Positions 63,989-64,000 of a stretch of DNA of 64,000 nucleotides are shown here, piece after piece. Position numbers and translations under genes: made by a program. The DNA lies in contig OY970218.1 of NCBI GenBank assembly GCA_963713975.1, positions 736,001 to 800,000 on the forward strand, in the 5' to 3' direction. Position 1 is the first letter of the stretch. Each line of letters opens with the position of its first letter. This DNA comes from an uncultured Chloroflexia bacterium (GTDB lineage Bacteria > Chloroflexota > Limnocylindria > Limnocylindrales > CSP1-4). Under the pieces are notes generated by a model. That model was not told where the DNA came from. It made no database searches and was given only the letters and a program-made list of their open reading frames with translations.

Positions 63989-64000
63989 CGACACCTCGAC

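Overview
A very GC-rich (roughly 70% by eye), gene-dense bacterial chromosomal segment with about 60 genes. I saw no rRNA, tRNA, CRISPR array, transposase or integrase. F420-type oxidoreductases, many apparently leaderless genes and a MacAB operon without TolC suggest a monoderm organism such as Chloroflexota or Actinomycetota (inference). Main blocks: (1) a MacAB-type ABC operon; (2) an aldo-keto reductase and pfk; (3) a tightly packed operon of Mop-type aldehyde oxidoreductase, TusE/DsrC-like protein, cysteine desulfurase, CapA-like protein and MOSC protein, facing a TauE transporter; (4) DipZ; (5) a two-gene EtfBA plus FixCX-like system; (6) a FadR-associated divergon joining a split-subunit Mo hydroxylase to KdgF/KdgK/Eda-type sugar-acid enzymes; (7) a partial inositol cluster; (8) a HoxEFUYH-type [NiFe]-hydrogenase whose HoxF is fused to a GltD/NfnB-like domain; (9) a broken Zn-dehydrogenase, an adenylate cyclase-STAND-TPR gene and argG. 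The main signal not explained by genes is a dispersed non-coding element in four intergenic copies (about 6.8, 23.6, 36.3 and 61.3 kb). Its core is 142-143 bp, about 75% identical between the pairs I compared, almost free of indels, and palindromic. Start codons were picked by eye and may be off by a few codons.
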